This document shows positions 1 to 9,178 of a stretch of DNA of 64,000 bases, piece by piece. Each line of letters starts with the position of its first letter. Position 1 is the stretch's first letter. The notes under the pieces are model-generated. The model was not told the origin of the DNA, ran no database searches, and saw only the letters and a list, made by a program, of their open reading frames with translations. The position numbers were made by a program, and so were the translations under genes. Source of the DNA: an uncultured Eubacteriales bacterium (GTDB lineage: Bacteria; Bacillota; Clostridia; Christensenellales; Aristaeellaceae); contig URJB01000005.1 in the NCBI GenBank assembly GCA_900548145.1, forward strand, positions 14,589 to 78,588, written 5' to 3'.

Positions 1-1
1 C

Positions 2-517
2 TGTCCGAAGAATATGTTTCAGGCCACCCTGCTGGCCCGTCCCTTCGACAGTGAGGAAGAATGCATCCACGCCGTGCTGAACGGTCAGGTGAAGCCCGGC
101 GACGCGATCTTCATCCGCTACGAAGGCCCCCGCGGCAGCGGAATGCCGGAGATGTTCTATACCGGCGAGGCCATCTGTGCGGATCCCAAGCTGGCCTCCA
201 GCGTGGCGCTCATCACCGACGGCCGCTTTTCCGGGGCCAGCCGCGGCCCGGTCATCGGTCACGTCAGCCCGGAAGCCGCCGCAGGCGGCCCCATCGCGCT
301 GGTGGAGGAGGGCGACCTCATCCGCATCGACGTTCCCGCCCGGGAACTTGCCATCGTAGGGGTAAACGGCCAGCCCAAAACGCCCGAGGAAATGGAGCAT
401 ATTCTCCAGGAACGCCGGGCCCGCTGGCAGCCCAAGCCGCCCAAATACACCCGCGGTCTGCTGAAGCTTTACTCCCAGCACGCCGTCAGCCCCATGAAGG
501 GCGCTTATATGGAATGA
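2..517 (+). CDS. IlvD/Edd-family dehydratase (dihydroxy-acid or sugar-acid dehydratase), C-terminal part; 5' end outside window
   Basis: Frame is open from nt 2. Translation carries IRYEGPRGSGMPEM and ITDGRFSGASRGPVIGHVSPEAAAGGPIALV, conserved C-terminal IlvD/Edd blocks. Stop at 515-517. Confidence 0.9.
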   Translation, partial: CPKNMFQATLLARPFDSEEECIHAVLNGQVKPGDAIFIRYEGPRGSGMPEMFYTGEAICADPKLASSVALITDGRFSGASRGPVIGHVSPEAAAGGPIALVEEGDLIRIDVPARELAIVGVNGQPKTPEEMEHILQERRARWQPKPPKYTRGLLKLYSQHAVSPMKGAYME

Positions 518-793
518 GTCCGTCTTTTAGGCAGAAAACCCTTTGCCATAGTGTCTCTCAAGATCGCAACTTCTTCCGATTTGCGCTGCAATGCGGTATG
601 CTCTTCGTTTTTTCGAATTCCTGAAAAGGCTACTGCAGTTCGGAGCGTGCGACCAAGGAAGGCCTAAGGATGACTAGCCTCAGACCGTGCAGCCAAGCGC
701 AAGCTCAGCGCAGGGCTTGGCCATCGTACACTGTGGGGCAGACCACAATAGTTTCTGGCGAAAAAGCTCGCCTAGGGTAATCTTTTGATAAGC

Positions 794-835
794 TGCAAAA
801 ACCCGGATGACCGATCGGTCATCCGGGTTTTTGCA
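794..835. terminator. Bidirectional intrinsic terminator (perfect 42-nt palindrome)
   Basis: tgcaaaaacccggatgaccgatcggtcatccgggtttttgca: GC-rich stem flanked by A5 and T5, 30 nt past the stop of the minus-strand SH3 gene. Confidence 0.8.
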
Positions 836-864
836 GTGAGCCTCCTGACGGAGCCTTGCCGGCA

Positions 865-1176
865 TTACCGGCGAGTAGTCCGGGTCTTCTTGGGCAGCGG
901 TTTCACTTCCCACAGATACTTGCTCATCACGTAGCCGAAGCGCTTCCCATACTTCACGTAAGCCCATCCGTCGTCCAGGTATTCCCGAACGATGATCTTC
1001 GTGCCGTAGGGAATGTTGCCGATCTTGTTGCCGGTATTGCTCTTGGGCGTACTCCGCAGATTCAGGGACTTCCCGTCTTTCGTATACACATAGCGTGTAT
1101 CCGCCAGCGCAATCAGCGGCAGCAGCGTCGTCGCAACAATCACGACAATGCACAGGAACGCAAGCGTCTTTTTCAT
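865..1176 (-). CDS. Secreted or anchored bacterial SH3-domain protein
   Basis: Signal/anchor MKKTLAFLCIVVIVATTLLPLIALA, then an SH3b-like block (YVYTKDGKSLNLRSTP...GWAYVKYGKRFGYVMSKYL). Start placed at the second ATG (1176) rather than 1197. Confidence 0.75.
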   Translation of the reverse strand: MKKTLAFLCIVVIVATTLLPLIALADTRYVYTKDGKSLNLRSTPKSNTGNKIGNIPYGTKIIVREYLDDGWAYVKYGKRFGYVMSKYLWEVKPLPKKTRTTRR

Positions 1177-1433
1177 CCGAAGCCTCTCCTTTCGCAAACC
1201 GGATTTCCCGCAGGGAAAAGAACAAACCCCGCATGGCGAATGTTTTGCTTCATAATATTAACATATTTTTACAAAAAAGTCATCACTTTATCGAAAGATT
1301 TGTTTCGTTTCTAATTCCTTTTGTAAAATAAAAACAATATTATTTCAACTATCGTCCTCCGCAAAATTCCTCGGGAATGGACGCGGGACGACTAGCTGCA
1401 AGGTCAATCCCTCTCTTTCGATAGAACTTGACC

Positions 1434-1482
1434 AAAAAAAGGACCAAAACAACTGCACATCGGCTCGTTCTGGTTCTTTTTT
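1434..1482. terminator. Bidirectional intrinsic terminator
   Basis: A7-ggaccaaaaca...gttctggttc-T6: stem with one mismatch and U-tails in both orientations, about 150 nt downstream of the glycerate kinase gene. Confidence 0.55.
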
Positions 1483-1633
1483 CACTTTAGTATTCTTTCA
1501 TCCGCGGCGCAAATACACCGCCGCCTTCTGTTTGTAAGCGCAGCTTTCCCATACCCTTCACGCCCCGCCTTGTCGCCAAAACGCAGTTCAGGAACAGAAG
1601 GTATTTTTCTTCTACCATCAGCGGTGGGAACCT

Positions 1634-2875
1634 TCATAGTGGGAGCGTTAAAAGCCCAACGGCAACATCGTTCACATTGGTGCCCGTAGGGCCGGTGAAG
1701 ATGAGACCCTCGGTACGCTGAAGCGCATGATACGCGTCGTTATCCTGAAGCACCTGTTCAATATGGATTCCCTGCTCCAGCAGTAGATGGCAGGTCTCGC
1801 CGTCTACAAAGCCGCCTGCCGCATCGGTAGGGCCGTCAGTTCCGTCGCTTCCAACGCTGAACAATGCGGCGTTTTCCAGCCCGGCGATTCCCTCGGCAGC
1901 GGCCAGGGCCAATTCCTGATTGCGCCCGCCCTTGCCATGGCCCGTCAGCCGAACCACCGTCTCCCCGCCAGCCAGAAAAGCTAACTTTTTTCCGTCTTTC
2001 GCATGGGTGCGCAGGATCGACGCCATCATGCTGCCCGCTTCCCGCGCCTGACAGCACAGCCGATCCGTCAGAAAGACCGGCTCATAGCCCAAACGTTCAC
2101 AGCCGCGAGCAGCAGCGGCGCAAAGTTCCAGCACGCTCCCGTTGATCCTCCATTGTGAATTGGAGAGCGACTTGGGCGTTTCCACCATCAGCAGCCGCCG
2201 CGTCTCGTCGCTCAGGGAAAGCCGGTATCGACGAACGCTCTCCATCGCCTCCTCGCAGGTGGAGGAATCCGGGCAGGCGGGGCCGGAGGCGATCATGTCC
2301 GGCGGATCGCCCAGAATATCGGAAAGAATAATGGAAAAAACCCGGGCCGGAGCGCAATGCTCTGCAAATCGACCGCCCTTTACAGCAGACAGTCTCTTGC
2401 GTAGGGTATTGATCTCCACAATGTCCGCGCCGCAGGCCAATAGCTGTCGGGTCAGATCCTGCAGTTCTTCCGGCGGAATCAGCGGTAACTCAAACAGCGC
2501 GCTGCCTCCTCCGGACAGCAAAAACAGCACCGTATCCTCGCTGGTCAGGCCCTCCGTCAGTTTCAGCGCCTTGCGCGTACCGCGAAAAGAACCCTCATCC
2601 GGCACCGGGTGTCCGCCCTCATAGCATTCCACACCAGAAATTTCTCCCTGAACGTGTCCGTATTTCGTAACGACGATGCCTCGCTCCAGCTTATCGCCTA
2701 AAAATCCTGCGGCCGCCTTGGCCATCTGCCATGCGGCCTTGCCAACGGCCACCAGTCGGATTCTTCCGCCTAGAGGGTTCTCTTCCAGCGCCCGAACGAC
2801 CGCCTTGTCGGGCTGGACCTCTCTGATGGATTCATTCACGATCGTTTCCGCATCTTGGCGCAGTCTGGATAACAT
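1634..2875 (-). CDS. Glycerate 2-kinase (DUF4147 + MOFRL architecture, TtuD/GckA type)
   Basis: 413 aa. N-terminal VAVGKAAWQMA and LLSGGGSALFE blocks and C-terminal GGETVV...GKGGRNQE...GTDGTDGPTDAAG block typical of MOFRL glycerate kinases. RBS gggagg 7 nt before the ATG. Confidence 0.88.
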   Translation of the reverse strand: MLSRLRQDAETIVNESIREVQPDKAVVRALEENPLGGRIRLVAVGKAAWQMAKAAAGFLGDKLERGIVVTKYGHVQGEISGVECYEGGHPVPDEGSFRGTRKALKLTEGLTSEDTVLFLLSGGGSALFELPLIPPEELQDLTRQLLACGADIVEINTLRKRLSAVKGGRFAEHCAPARVFSIILSDILGDPPDMIASGPACPDSSTCEEAMESVRRYRLSLSDETRRLLMVETPKSLSNSQWRINGSVLELCAAAARGCERLGYEPVFLTDRLCCQAREAGSMMASILRTHAKDGKKLAFLAGGETVVRLTGHGKGGRNQELALAAAEGIAGLENAALFSVGSDGTDGPTDAAGGFVDGETCHLLLEQGIHIEQVLQDNDAYHALQRTEGLIFTGPTGTNVNDVAVGLLTLPL

Positions 2876-2950
2876 ATGCTAACCTCCCATTTCCTGATAA
2901 AGTTTTTTTCGAAGAAAAGAGCGTCAATTCCTTCTTTATTCATGAAATAA

Positions 2951-2969
2951 AATTTCAAATATTAAAATT
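2951..2969. promoter_or_regulatory. Candidate IclR operator half-palindrome in the divergent glycerate-kinase / iclR region
   Basis: aatttcaaatattaaaatt contains TTTCAA-ata-TTAAAA, one mismatch from the TTTCAA-N3-TTGAAA palindrome seen at 3965-3979. Confidence 0.4.
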
Positions 2970-3086
2970 TGTATATTTATGGTTTCATTTTATGATTCAC
3001 ACGGCCCCAAATTCTCCCAATATCGAAACAGTTATTGCACATAATGAAATATTATGATACTCTGAACGACAAGGAGGATGCTACTC

Positions 3087-3869
3087 ATGAAACAAACGCT
3101 CAGCAATCAATCCGTTGAAAAGACGCTTCGAATTATTGAAACCCTTGCGTCGTCCCCCACCCCTATGCGCTTGTCCGAGCTGGCGCGTCAGGTGGAAATG
3201 CCATCCTGTACCGTTCTGAGAATGGTCGGCACGCTGATAGAGCAGGGCTATGCCTATCAGGAAGAAGAAGGTCTACGGCGTTATGCGCTGACCACTCGTT
3301 TTCTTGGCATTGGACAGATGGCTGCGGAACATATCAACATCCGAGAAATCGCCCATCCCTATTTAATACGTCTTTCGTCTCTGACGGGAGAATCCAGTTG
3401 CCTTGCCATTTCGGAAAACGATGCGGTGCGTTATCTGGACGTGACTGAAGGAAACGGAAGCCTGATTACCATCCGCCAGCGTATCGGCGGTTCCGCTCCC
3501 ATGCATTGCACCGGCAGCGGAAAGCTCTTTCTAATGCAATACTCCACGGAAAAACTGAAAAACTACGTTAGCCGGAACGGTTTAGCTTCTCTGACGGTTC
3601 ATACCTTGACGACGCTGGAAGATCTGCAATACGATCTCAATAACTGTCTGAAACGCGGTTATGCACTGGACGATGAAGAATGTGAGATTGGAATGCGCTG
3701 CGTAGCCGCCCCCATTCGGGACATGCAGGGCAATGTTGTCGCCGCCATCAGCGTATCCGGCCCGATTTCCAGAATGACGCGTCTACGGTATGAGACTGAA
3801 ATCGTCCCGCAGCTGCTGGAAGCCGCTCATAAAACGACCCGTCTCGTCACCGGCCAGAAGGATGCCTGA
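3087..3869 (+). CDS. IclR-family transcriptional regulator
   Basis: N-terminal winged HTH (SVEKTLRIIETLASSPTPMRLSELARQVEMPSCTVLRMVGTL) and C-terminal IclR effector domain (GSGKLFL, AAISVSGP). ATG at 3087 is 9 nt after aaggagg; the 3078 ATG abuts the RBS. Confidence 0.9.
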   Translation: MKQTLSNQSVEKTLRIIETLASSPTPMRLSELARQVEMPSCTVLRMVGTLIEQGYAYQEEEGLRRYALTTRFLGIGQMAAEHINIREIAHPYLIRLSSLTGESSCLAISENDAVRYLDVTEGNGSLITIRQRIGGSAPMHCTGSGKLFLMQYSTEKLKNYVSRNGLASLTVHTLTTLEDLQYDLNNCLKRGYALDDEECEIGMRCVAAPIRDMQGNVVAAISVSGPISRMTRLRYETEIVPQLLEAAHKTTRLVTGQKDA

Positions 3870-3914
3870 AGCCAAAAAAGGTCGCCGCGCCACAGTTTTT
3901 GATAGGGTCGAAGA

Positions 3915-3943
3915 TTGACAGATTTCCAAAGGCGTGTTATAAT
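3915..3943 (+). promoter_or_regulatory. Consensus sigma-A promoter (TTGACA-17-TATAAT with TGn extension)
   Basis: ttgaca 3915-3920, 17-nt spacer, tgt-tataat with tataat at 3938-3943, about 50 nt upstream of the 2-hydroxyacid dehydrogenase ATG. Confidence 0.75.
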
Positions 3944-3979
3944 TTCAAAGAATTTGAAATTGGATTTCAAATATTGAAA
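3942..3979. promoter_or_regulatory. Two adjacent palindromic operators overlapping the -10/+1 region
   Basis: atttcaaa-gaa-tttgaaat (3942-3960, perfect 8-bp arms) and tttcaa-ata-ttgaaa (3965-3979). Same motif as 2951-2969. Confidence 0.6.
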
Positions 3980-3995
3980 AAGTGAGGCATATCTA

Positions 3996-4940
3996 ATGAA
4001 AATCGTGCTTTTGGAATCTCTGGGAATCAGTCAGGAAAAGCTGGACGAGCTGGTGAAGCCTCTTCTGCTGAACGAGCATGAATTTGCTGCTTATCCGAGA
4101 ACCAGCAATGAAGCACAGCTCATTGAGGAAGCAAAAGACGCGGACGTACTGATGCTGGCGAACATGCCTCTCAGTGGCAATGTCATTCGCGCTTGTCAGC
4201 ACCTAAAGCTGATCGACATCGCTTTTACCGGCGTGGATCACGTCGACATTGCCACCGCTCGCGAAAAGGGCATCACAGTTTGCAATGCCGCCGGTTACTC
4301 CACGCAGGCGGTGGCAGAACTGGCAATCGGCCAGATGATCTCTTTGCTGCGCAATGTTCCCGCTACCGAACAGCGCTGCCGAAACGGAGGCACCAAGGAC
4401 GGTCTGGTCGGGCGTCAGTTGAGCGGCTGTACCGTCGGCATTATCGGAACAGGCGCGATTGGCTGCCGTGTGGCTCAGTTGTGCGGAGCCTTTGGCAGTC
4501 GTGTAATCGGCTACGCTCCGCGTCCCAAGGAAAACGCCAGGCAGTACCTGCAGTATGTCAGTCTGGACGAGCTGCTTCGCACCGCTGACATCGTCTCTCT
4601 TCATTGCCCGCTGACGGCGGAAACCAAGGGATTGATCGGCCGAAACGAGCTGTCGCTTATGAAGCCGAACGCTTATCTGGTCAACATGGCCCGAGGCCCC
4701 GTAGTCGATGCAAACGCGCTGGCAGAAGCGCTGGCAGCGGGACGCCTTGCGGGTGCAGCCTTGGACGTGTTTGAAAAGGAACCTCCGCTTCCCGTGGATC
4801 ATCCGCTGCTTGCCGCTCCCCGTTGCCTGGTAACTCCCCACATCGCCTTCGCCTCTCTGGAATCCATGGATCTGCGGGCGGAAATCGTCTTCCATTCCCT
4901 GCGCCAGTGGATGGATGGCAGTCCCGTCAATCTGGTGTGA
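3996..4940 (+). CDS. D-isomer-specific 2-hydroxyacid dehydrogenase (glycerate dehydrogenase / hydroxypyruvate reductase-like)
   Basis: NAD fold VGIIGTGAIGCRVA; catalytic blocks NMARGPVVD and TPHIAFAS. Confidence 0.88.
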   Translation: MKIVLLESLGISQEKLDELVKPLLLNEHEFAAYPRTSNEAQLIEEAKDADVLMLANMPLSGNVIRACQHLKLIDIAFTGVDHVDIATAREKGITVCNAAGYSTQAVAELAIGQMISLLRNVPATEQRCRNGGTKDGLVGRQLSGCTVGIIGTGAIGCRVAQLCGAFGSRVIGYAPRPKENARQYLQYVSLDELLRTADIVSLHCPLTAETKGLIGRNELSLMKPNAYLVNMARGPVVDANALAEALAAGRLAGAALDVFEKEPPLPVDHPLLAAPRCLVTPHIAFASLESMDLRAEIVFHSLRQWMDGSPVNLV

Positions 4941-4995
4941 ATCTGCTCATAAATCTTCTATCATATAATCTATCATATATAAGGAAAAAAGGAAC

Positions 4996-5880
4996 ATGAA
5001 TATTGGTTTTATTGGTCTTGGTGTAATGGGCAAACATATGGCAGCCAATCTGCTGAGGGCAGGCTACCAACTGACGGTATATGATTTGAATCCCGCTGCG
5101 GTAAAACTGCTGGCGGATCAGGGCGCGACCCCTACTTCCTGCATCCGGGATGTAGCCGCACAGGCGGACGTTCTGCTCACCATGGTTCCTAATTCTCCCC
5201 AAGTAAAGGAAGTGCTGCTGGCCGAAGGCGGCGCAATCGAATCCTTGCGGCCAGGCAGTGTCGTCATCGATATGTCCTCCATTAATCCGGTCGCCTCGCG
5301 GGAAATCGCGGCAGCCCTCGCCGAAAAAGGAATTTCCATGCTGGACGCTCCTGTTTCCGGCGGCGAACCCAAGGCAATAGACGGCACGTTAGCCTTTATG
5401 GTGGGCGGGCCGGAAGAACTGGTCGAAAAATACCGGCCCTTGCTGGAAAAGATGGGCTCCTCCGTCGTGCGCTGCGGCGATATCGGAGCGGGCAACGTCA
5501 CCAAGCTCTGCAACCAGATCATCGTCGCAGTGAATATTGCCGCCGTCAGCGAAGCCATGATGCTGGGCCAGATGGCTGGCGTAGCTCCCGAAGCAATCTT
5601 CGAAGCGATCCGCGGCGGTCTGGCAGGCTCCACGGTCATGAACGCCAAGGTCCCCATGATGATGAAGCATGACTTTCAGCCGGGTTTCCGGGTCGATCTT
5701 CACATCAAGGATCTGAACAATGTGGTTGATGCAGCCCGCAGCGTAGATGCTCCCATCCCGCTAACGCAGCAGGTTCTGGAAATGATGAAGGTTCTGCACC
5801 ACGACGGCTGCGGCTCCATGGATCACAGCGCCCTGATTCACTATTTCGAAAAGTTGGCCAACACGGAACTGCACGATTGA
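4996..5880 (+). CDS. garR: 2-hydroxy-3-oxopropionate (tartronate semialdehyde) reductase
   Basis: Near-colinear with my recollection of E. coli GarR: GFIGLGVMGKHMAANL, DAPVSGGEPKAIDGTL, GAGNVTKLCNQ, GGLAGSTV, FRVDLHIKDL, DHSAL. Confidence 0.9.
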   Translation: MNIGFIGLGVMGKHMAANLLRAGYQLTVYDLNPAAVKLLADQGATPTSCIRDVAAQADVLLTMVPNSPQVKEVLLAEGGAIESLRPGSVVIDMSSINPVASREIAAALAEKGISMLDAPVSGGEPKAIDGTLAFMVGGPEELVEKYRPLLEKMGSSVVRCGDIGAGNVTKLCNQIIVAVNIAAVSEAMMLGQMAGVAPEAIFEAIRGGLAGSTVMNAKVPMMMKHDFQPGFRVDLHIKDLNNVVDAARSVDAPIPLTQQVLEMMKVLHHDGCGSMDHSALIHYFEKLANTELHD

Positions 5881-5890
5881 TCGGAAAAGC

Positions 5891-5931
5891 GGGGCGGCAG
5901 GTAGACGGTCATCCCGTCTATTTGCCGCCCC
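5891..5931 (+). terminator. Stem-loop terminator after garR
   Basis: ggggcggca...tgccgcccc with an inner gacgg/ccgtc stem. U-tail is poor. Confidence 0.5.
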
Positions 5932-6100
5932 AACTTGCAAAACATACATTTTTTACGATTTATCTTTTTTATGTAATGCCCTCTTCGGCCTGATATTATA
6001 AGAAATCATCTATTTTCATTTTTACATTCATATTTATACTGGAAATATAGTTGCCGAAAGGTACATTTTAGTGTCTGTAAGAAGGAAGGAATAGCATCGG

Positions 6101-7024
6101 ATGATTCAGGCTGAACACTTAACAAAAGATTACGGAAGCCGTCGTGTAGTAAACGACGTCTCCTTTCATTTAGGAGAAAAGGAAATATTGGGCTTTCTGG
6201 GAAAAAACGGCGCCGGAAAAAGCACGACCATGAACATGCTTACAGGGTATATCTCCGCCACTTCGGGCACTGTGCACATCTGCGGCATAGATATAGCCCG
6301 CAAGCCGGAGCAAGCCAAAATGAATATCGGCTACCTGCCGGAAATTCCCCCTCTTTATCCCGAAATGACAGTAGAGGAATACCTCCGCTATGCCTGCGCC
6401 GTCAAGGGCGTTCGCCGCAGCGCTGTAAAACCGCATATCGAGTATATTTGCCAAAAAACAGGTCTGACAGAGATGCGCCGCCGGCTCATCGGCCACCTGT
6501 CCAAGGGCTACCGTCAACGTGTAGGCCTGGCAAACGCCCTGATTGGGGATCCGCCCGTCATTATTCTGGACGAGCCAAGCGTAGGACTGGACCCGCAGCA
6601 AATGATCGAAATGCGGCAGTGCATTCGTTCTCTGGGAAAGGAGCATTCCGTGCTGCTTTCCTCCCACATTCTCAGCGAGATTTCACTGATCTGCGACCGG
6701 GTCATGGTGCTCGATCAGGGAAAGCTGGTAGCGGAAAGCAGTCTGGAGGATCTGCTAAAGCAGGATCAAAGCTGGCTTTTGCGCCTTTCCGGCGAAAAAG
6801 CACCCGTCTTATCAGCGATTCGCCAGTTGGATGGAATCGAGGAGGCTCACGAAACGCCGGAAGGGTTGCTTTTCCTTCGGATCAGGCCGGAGCAGGAGGA
6901 AGAAACACTAAAACGGTTGTTTTATACGTTGGCCGATTTGCGCTGTCCTATTCTGGAATTGCGCCGGGGGACGAATCGTATGGAAGATATTTTCCTGAAA
7001 CTGACGGAACAGGGGGTGGAATGA
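6101..7024 (+). CDS. ABC transporter ATP-binding protein (ABC-2 / GldA-like)
   Basis: Walker A GKNGAGKST, signature LSKGYRQR, Walker B VIILDEPSVGLD. Confidence 0.92.
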   Translation: MIQAEHLTKDYGSRRVVNDVSFHLGEKEILGFLGKNGAGKSTTMNMLTGYISATSGTVHICGIDIARKPEQAKMNIGYLPEIPPLYPEMTVEEYLRYACAVKGVRRSAVKPHIEYICQKTGLTEMRRRLIGHLSKGYRQRVGLANALIGDPPVIILDEPSVGLDPQQMIEMRQCIRSLGKEHSVLLSSHILSEISLICDRVMVLDQGKLVAESSLEDLLKQDQSWLLRLSGEKAPVLSAIRQLDGIEEAHETPEGLLFLRIRPEQEEETLKRLFYTLADLRCPILELRRGTNRMEDIFLKLTEQGVE

Positions 7025-7025
7025 C

Positions 7026-7736
7026 ATGGGAAGCGTCTATCTTTATGAACTGAAACGTGCCTTTCTGACCCCGGTGGCCTATGTCTTTGCCAGCGCTTTT
7101 ATGCTGCTGGCAGGATTAATGTTCTTTTTCTACAATCTGGCCTACAAAAGCGGCGAGGTCATCAGCTATCTATCCGACCTGACCTCTTTTCTCATGTTCC
7201 TGATTCCCGTGTTGACAATGCGTTCCTTTGCAGAGGAAAAAAAGAATCACTCCGATCAGTTTCTGCTGACAGCACCCCTGTCCGTCTTTTCCATCGTCAT
7301 GGGCAAATTTTGGGCAGCCGTGACCATTTACTGTCTGGCGCTTCTCTTGACCGGCGTGTTTGTAGCGATTATCGTCGTATATGGACTGATCTACTGGGGA
7401 GAAGTATTGGCAGGATACACTGGTTTTCTCTTTCTTTCTCTCTGTTATATCAGCAGCGGCCTTTGGGTTTCTTCTCTGTGCGAAAATCAGGTTTCGGCGG
7501 CGATTGCCACCTTCGGCCTGCATTTCACCTTCAGTGCTCTGGACTGGGTCATTCCCTATGTCAAGCTTTCCTGGCTCAGCCGTGTGTTGGAATCCCTGTC
7601 CCTGTATGAACATTTTAAAGATACCCAGAACGGCACGATTACGCTGAGCAGCCTTTGCTATTTCGCATCCATTACGGCGCTGTTCCTCTTCCTGACCGCG
7701 CTGACTCTGCAGTCCCGGAGGTGGAGAAAAGAATGA
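7026..7736 (+). CDS. ABC-2 family permease (GldF-like)
   Basis: 236 aa with about 6 predicted TM helices. Starts 1 nt after the ATPase stop. Confidence 0.85.
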   Translation: MGSVYLYELKRAFLTPVAYVFASAFMLLAGLMFFFYNLAYKSGEVISYLSDLTSFLMFLIPVLTMRSFAEEKKNHSDQFLLTAPLSVFSIVMGKFWAAVTIYCLALLLTGVFVAIIVVYGLIYWGEVLAGYTGFLFLSLCYISSGLWVSSLCENQVSAAIATFGLHFTFSALDWVIPYVKLSWLSRVLESLSLYEHFKDTQNGTITLSSLCYFASITALFLFLTALTLQSRRWRKE

Positions 7737-9178
7737 AACGTCGTTATCCAAAGCTTTATACCTGCCTTTGTATTCTGTTGGCTCTGGCCCTGACCGCGGG
7801 CGTCAATCTGCTGGCGCAGGCAGCACAGCAAAAATGGCATCTGGAAGCGGATTGCTCCTACAATGCGCTCCTGACCCTTTCCGACACCACTAAAAAGCTG
7901 CTGGATCAACTGGAAAGTCCGCTGACCCTGTATGTTCTTCGAGTAGATGGTCTATCGGACGCTCAGGTGGAAAGCGTAGCCGAAGCTTACTCCTCCCACA
8001 GTGAATTTTTCCAACTTCGTTATATTGATCCCGATCAGGAGCCCGCGCTGATGAACCGGGTGGATACCACAGGGAAAACAGTCAGCGCCGGCAGCGTTAT
8101 TCTGGAAGCCGAGGGCGGCAAACTGCTCTTTCTTCCTGTAGACGATTTTACTCTCTATGGTACGCAATCCTACAATGGTCAGGACTACACCTATAAAGCC
8201 GGTTATCAATATGAGCTTTTGCTGGATCGGGCGATTTTGGAGCTGACTACGGAAGAAGAAACCAAGGTGGTTTTCCTGACGGGCCATGGAGAATATACGG
8301 AGGACGAAAGCAGCGTCTTTTCCGAGCTTCTTCAGTCGCAGGGCTATAAGGTCTCTTTCCAGAAGTCGGCATTGCAGCTGACAGATGTCAATCTGGCGAT
8401 TCTGCTTTCCCCTGCAAAAGATTTAACCGCCGAGGAAGCGGCGGTCTTAAAAGATTATCTGGCGAATGGCGGCAGTCTGCTGGTCTCCCGCGAGCCGGGA
8501 CGCATGGATGCTGTGCCTCATCTGGAGGGGCTGCTCGCTTACTATGGCCTTGCCTATGAAAACAGCCTTGTGATCGCCAATCCCGAAGACGAATCCGCCT
8601 ACTACCCCGGCAATCCTGCCATGCTGGTGGCTCAGCTAGGCGATGTGAAACTGCTCTCCTCCCTGCAGGCTCAAAAAGACGCGGTAGTGCTGGCCGCTCA
8701 ATGCGTGCCTGTCCGGCTGACCGGCATGAAGCGCAACGATTACCGCACCTATGAATTGCTGACTTCCCGTAGCGATGCCTATTGTCTGGACTTGCGCGAC
8801 CCCTCCCGCACCAGTATCGTTCCTCATGAAAACGACACTGTAGGAAAAGCCGTCATGGCTGCGGCGGTGGAGCAGGTGCAGGATTTCGAATCTGTTACTC
8901 TCAACGGACGAATTGTGGCCCTTGGCTCCTCTCATATCGTCAACAACGCGTCCATCAACCGTTCTTTCTACAATTCCGAATTTGCGGCTGAGCTTCTCTC
9001 TTGGCTCTGCCATCGGGAATCGGAAGAACTGGACATTGTCTTCAAACCGGCTCTGCGGGAAGGTCTGAAGATTTACACGCAGGAAACTTTGATCCGCCTC
9101 GGCATTTTGCTCGCGGCCATCCCCGTGGTCATTTTGCTGATAGAAGGTGCGGTTCGCCTTTGGAGGAAGAAACGATGA
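7733..9178 (+). CDS. GldG-like ABC-transporter auxiliary protein
   Basis: N- and C-terminal TM anchors flank a large extracytoplasmic domain. ATGA overlap with the permease stop; track ORF trimmed from 7655 to the coupled ATG. Confidence 0.75.
   Translation: MKRRYPKLYTCLCILLALALTAGVNLLAQAAQQKWHLEADCSYNALLTLSDTTKKLLDQLESPLTLYVLRVDGLSDAQVESVAEAYSSHSEFFQLRYIDPDQEPALMNRVDTTGKTVSAGSVILEAEGGKLLFLPVDDFTLYGTQSYNGQDYTYKAGYQYELLLDRAILELTTEEETKVVFLTGHGEYTEDESSVFSELLQSQGYKVSFQKSALQLTDVNLAILLSPAKDLTAEEAAVLKDYLANGGSLLVSREPGRMDAVPHLEGLLAYYGLAYENSLVIANPEDESAYYPGNPAMLVAQLGDVKLLSSLQAQKDAVVLAAQCVPVRLTGMKRNDYRTYELLTSRSDAYCLDLRDPSRTSIVPHENDTVGKAVMAAAVEQVQDFESVTLNGRIVALGSSHIVNNASINRSFYNSEFAAELLSWLCHRESEELDIVFKPALREGLKIYTQETLIRLGILLAAIPVVILLIEGAVRLWRKKR

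Noticed and set aside
612-621. tRNA T-loop-like string ttcgaattcc
   Set aside because: The surrounding sequence cannot be folded into acceptor, D or anticodon arms. It is an isolated chance match.
7655-9174. Upstream in-frame extensions of the GldG-like (7655-7732) and DUF4340-like (9001-9174) ORFs. The same issue affects 14764, 22877, 24895, 25935, 26807, 39952-40743, 44356-45294, 52617, 54981, 60312 and 61897.
   Set aside because: In each case an internal ATG/GTG with an RBS, or an ATGA overlap with the preceding stop, gives a start matching the family N-terminus. The extensions overlap the upstream gene and look like out-of-frame read-through.
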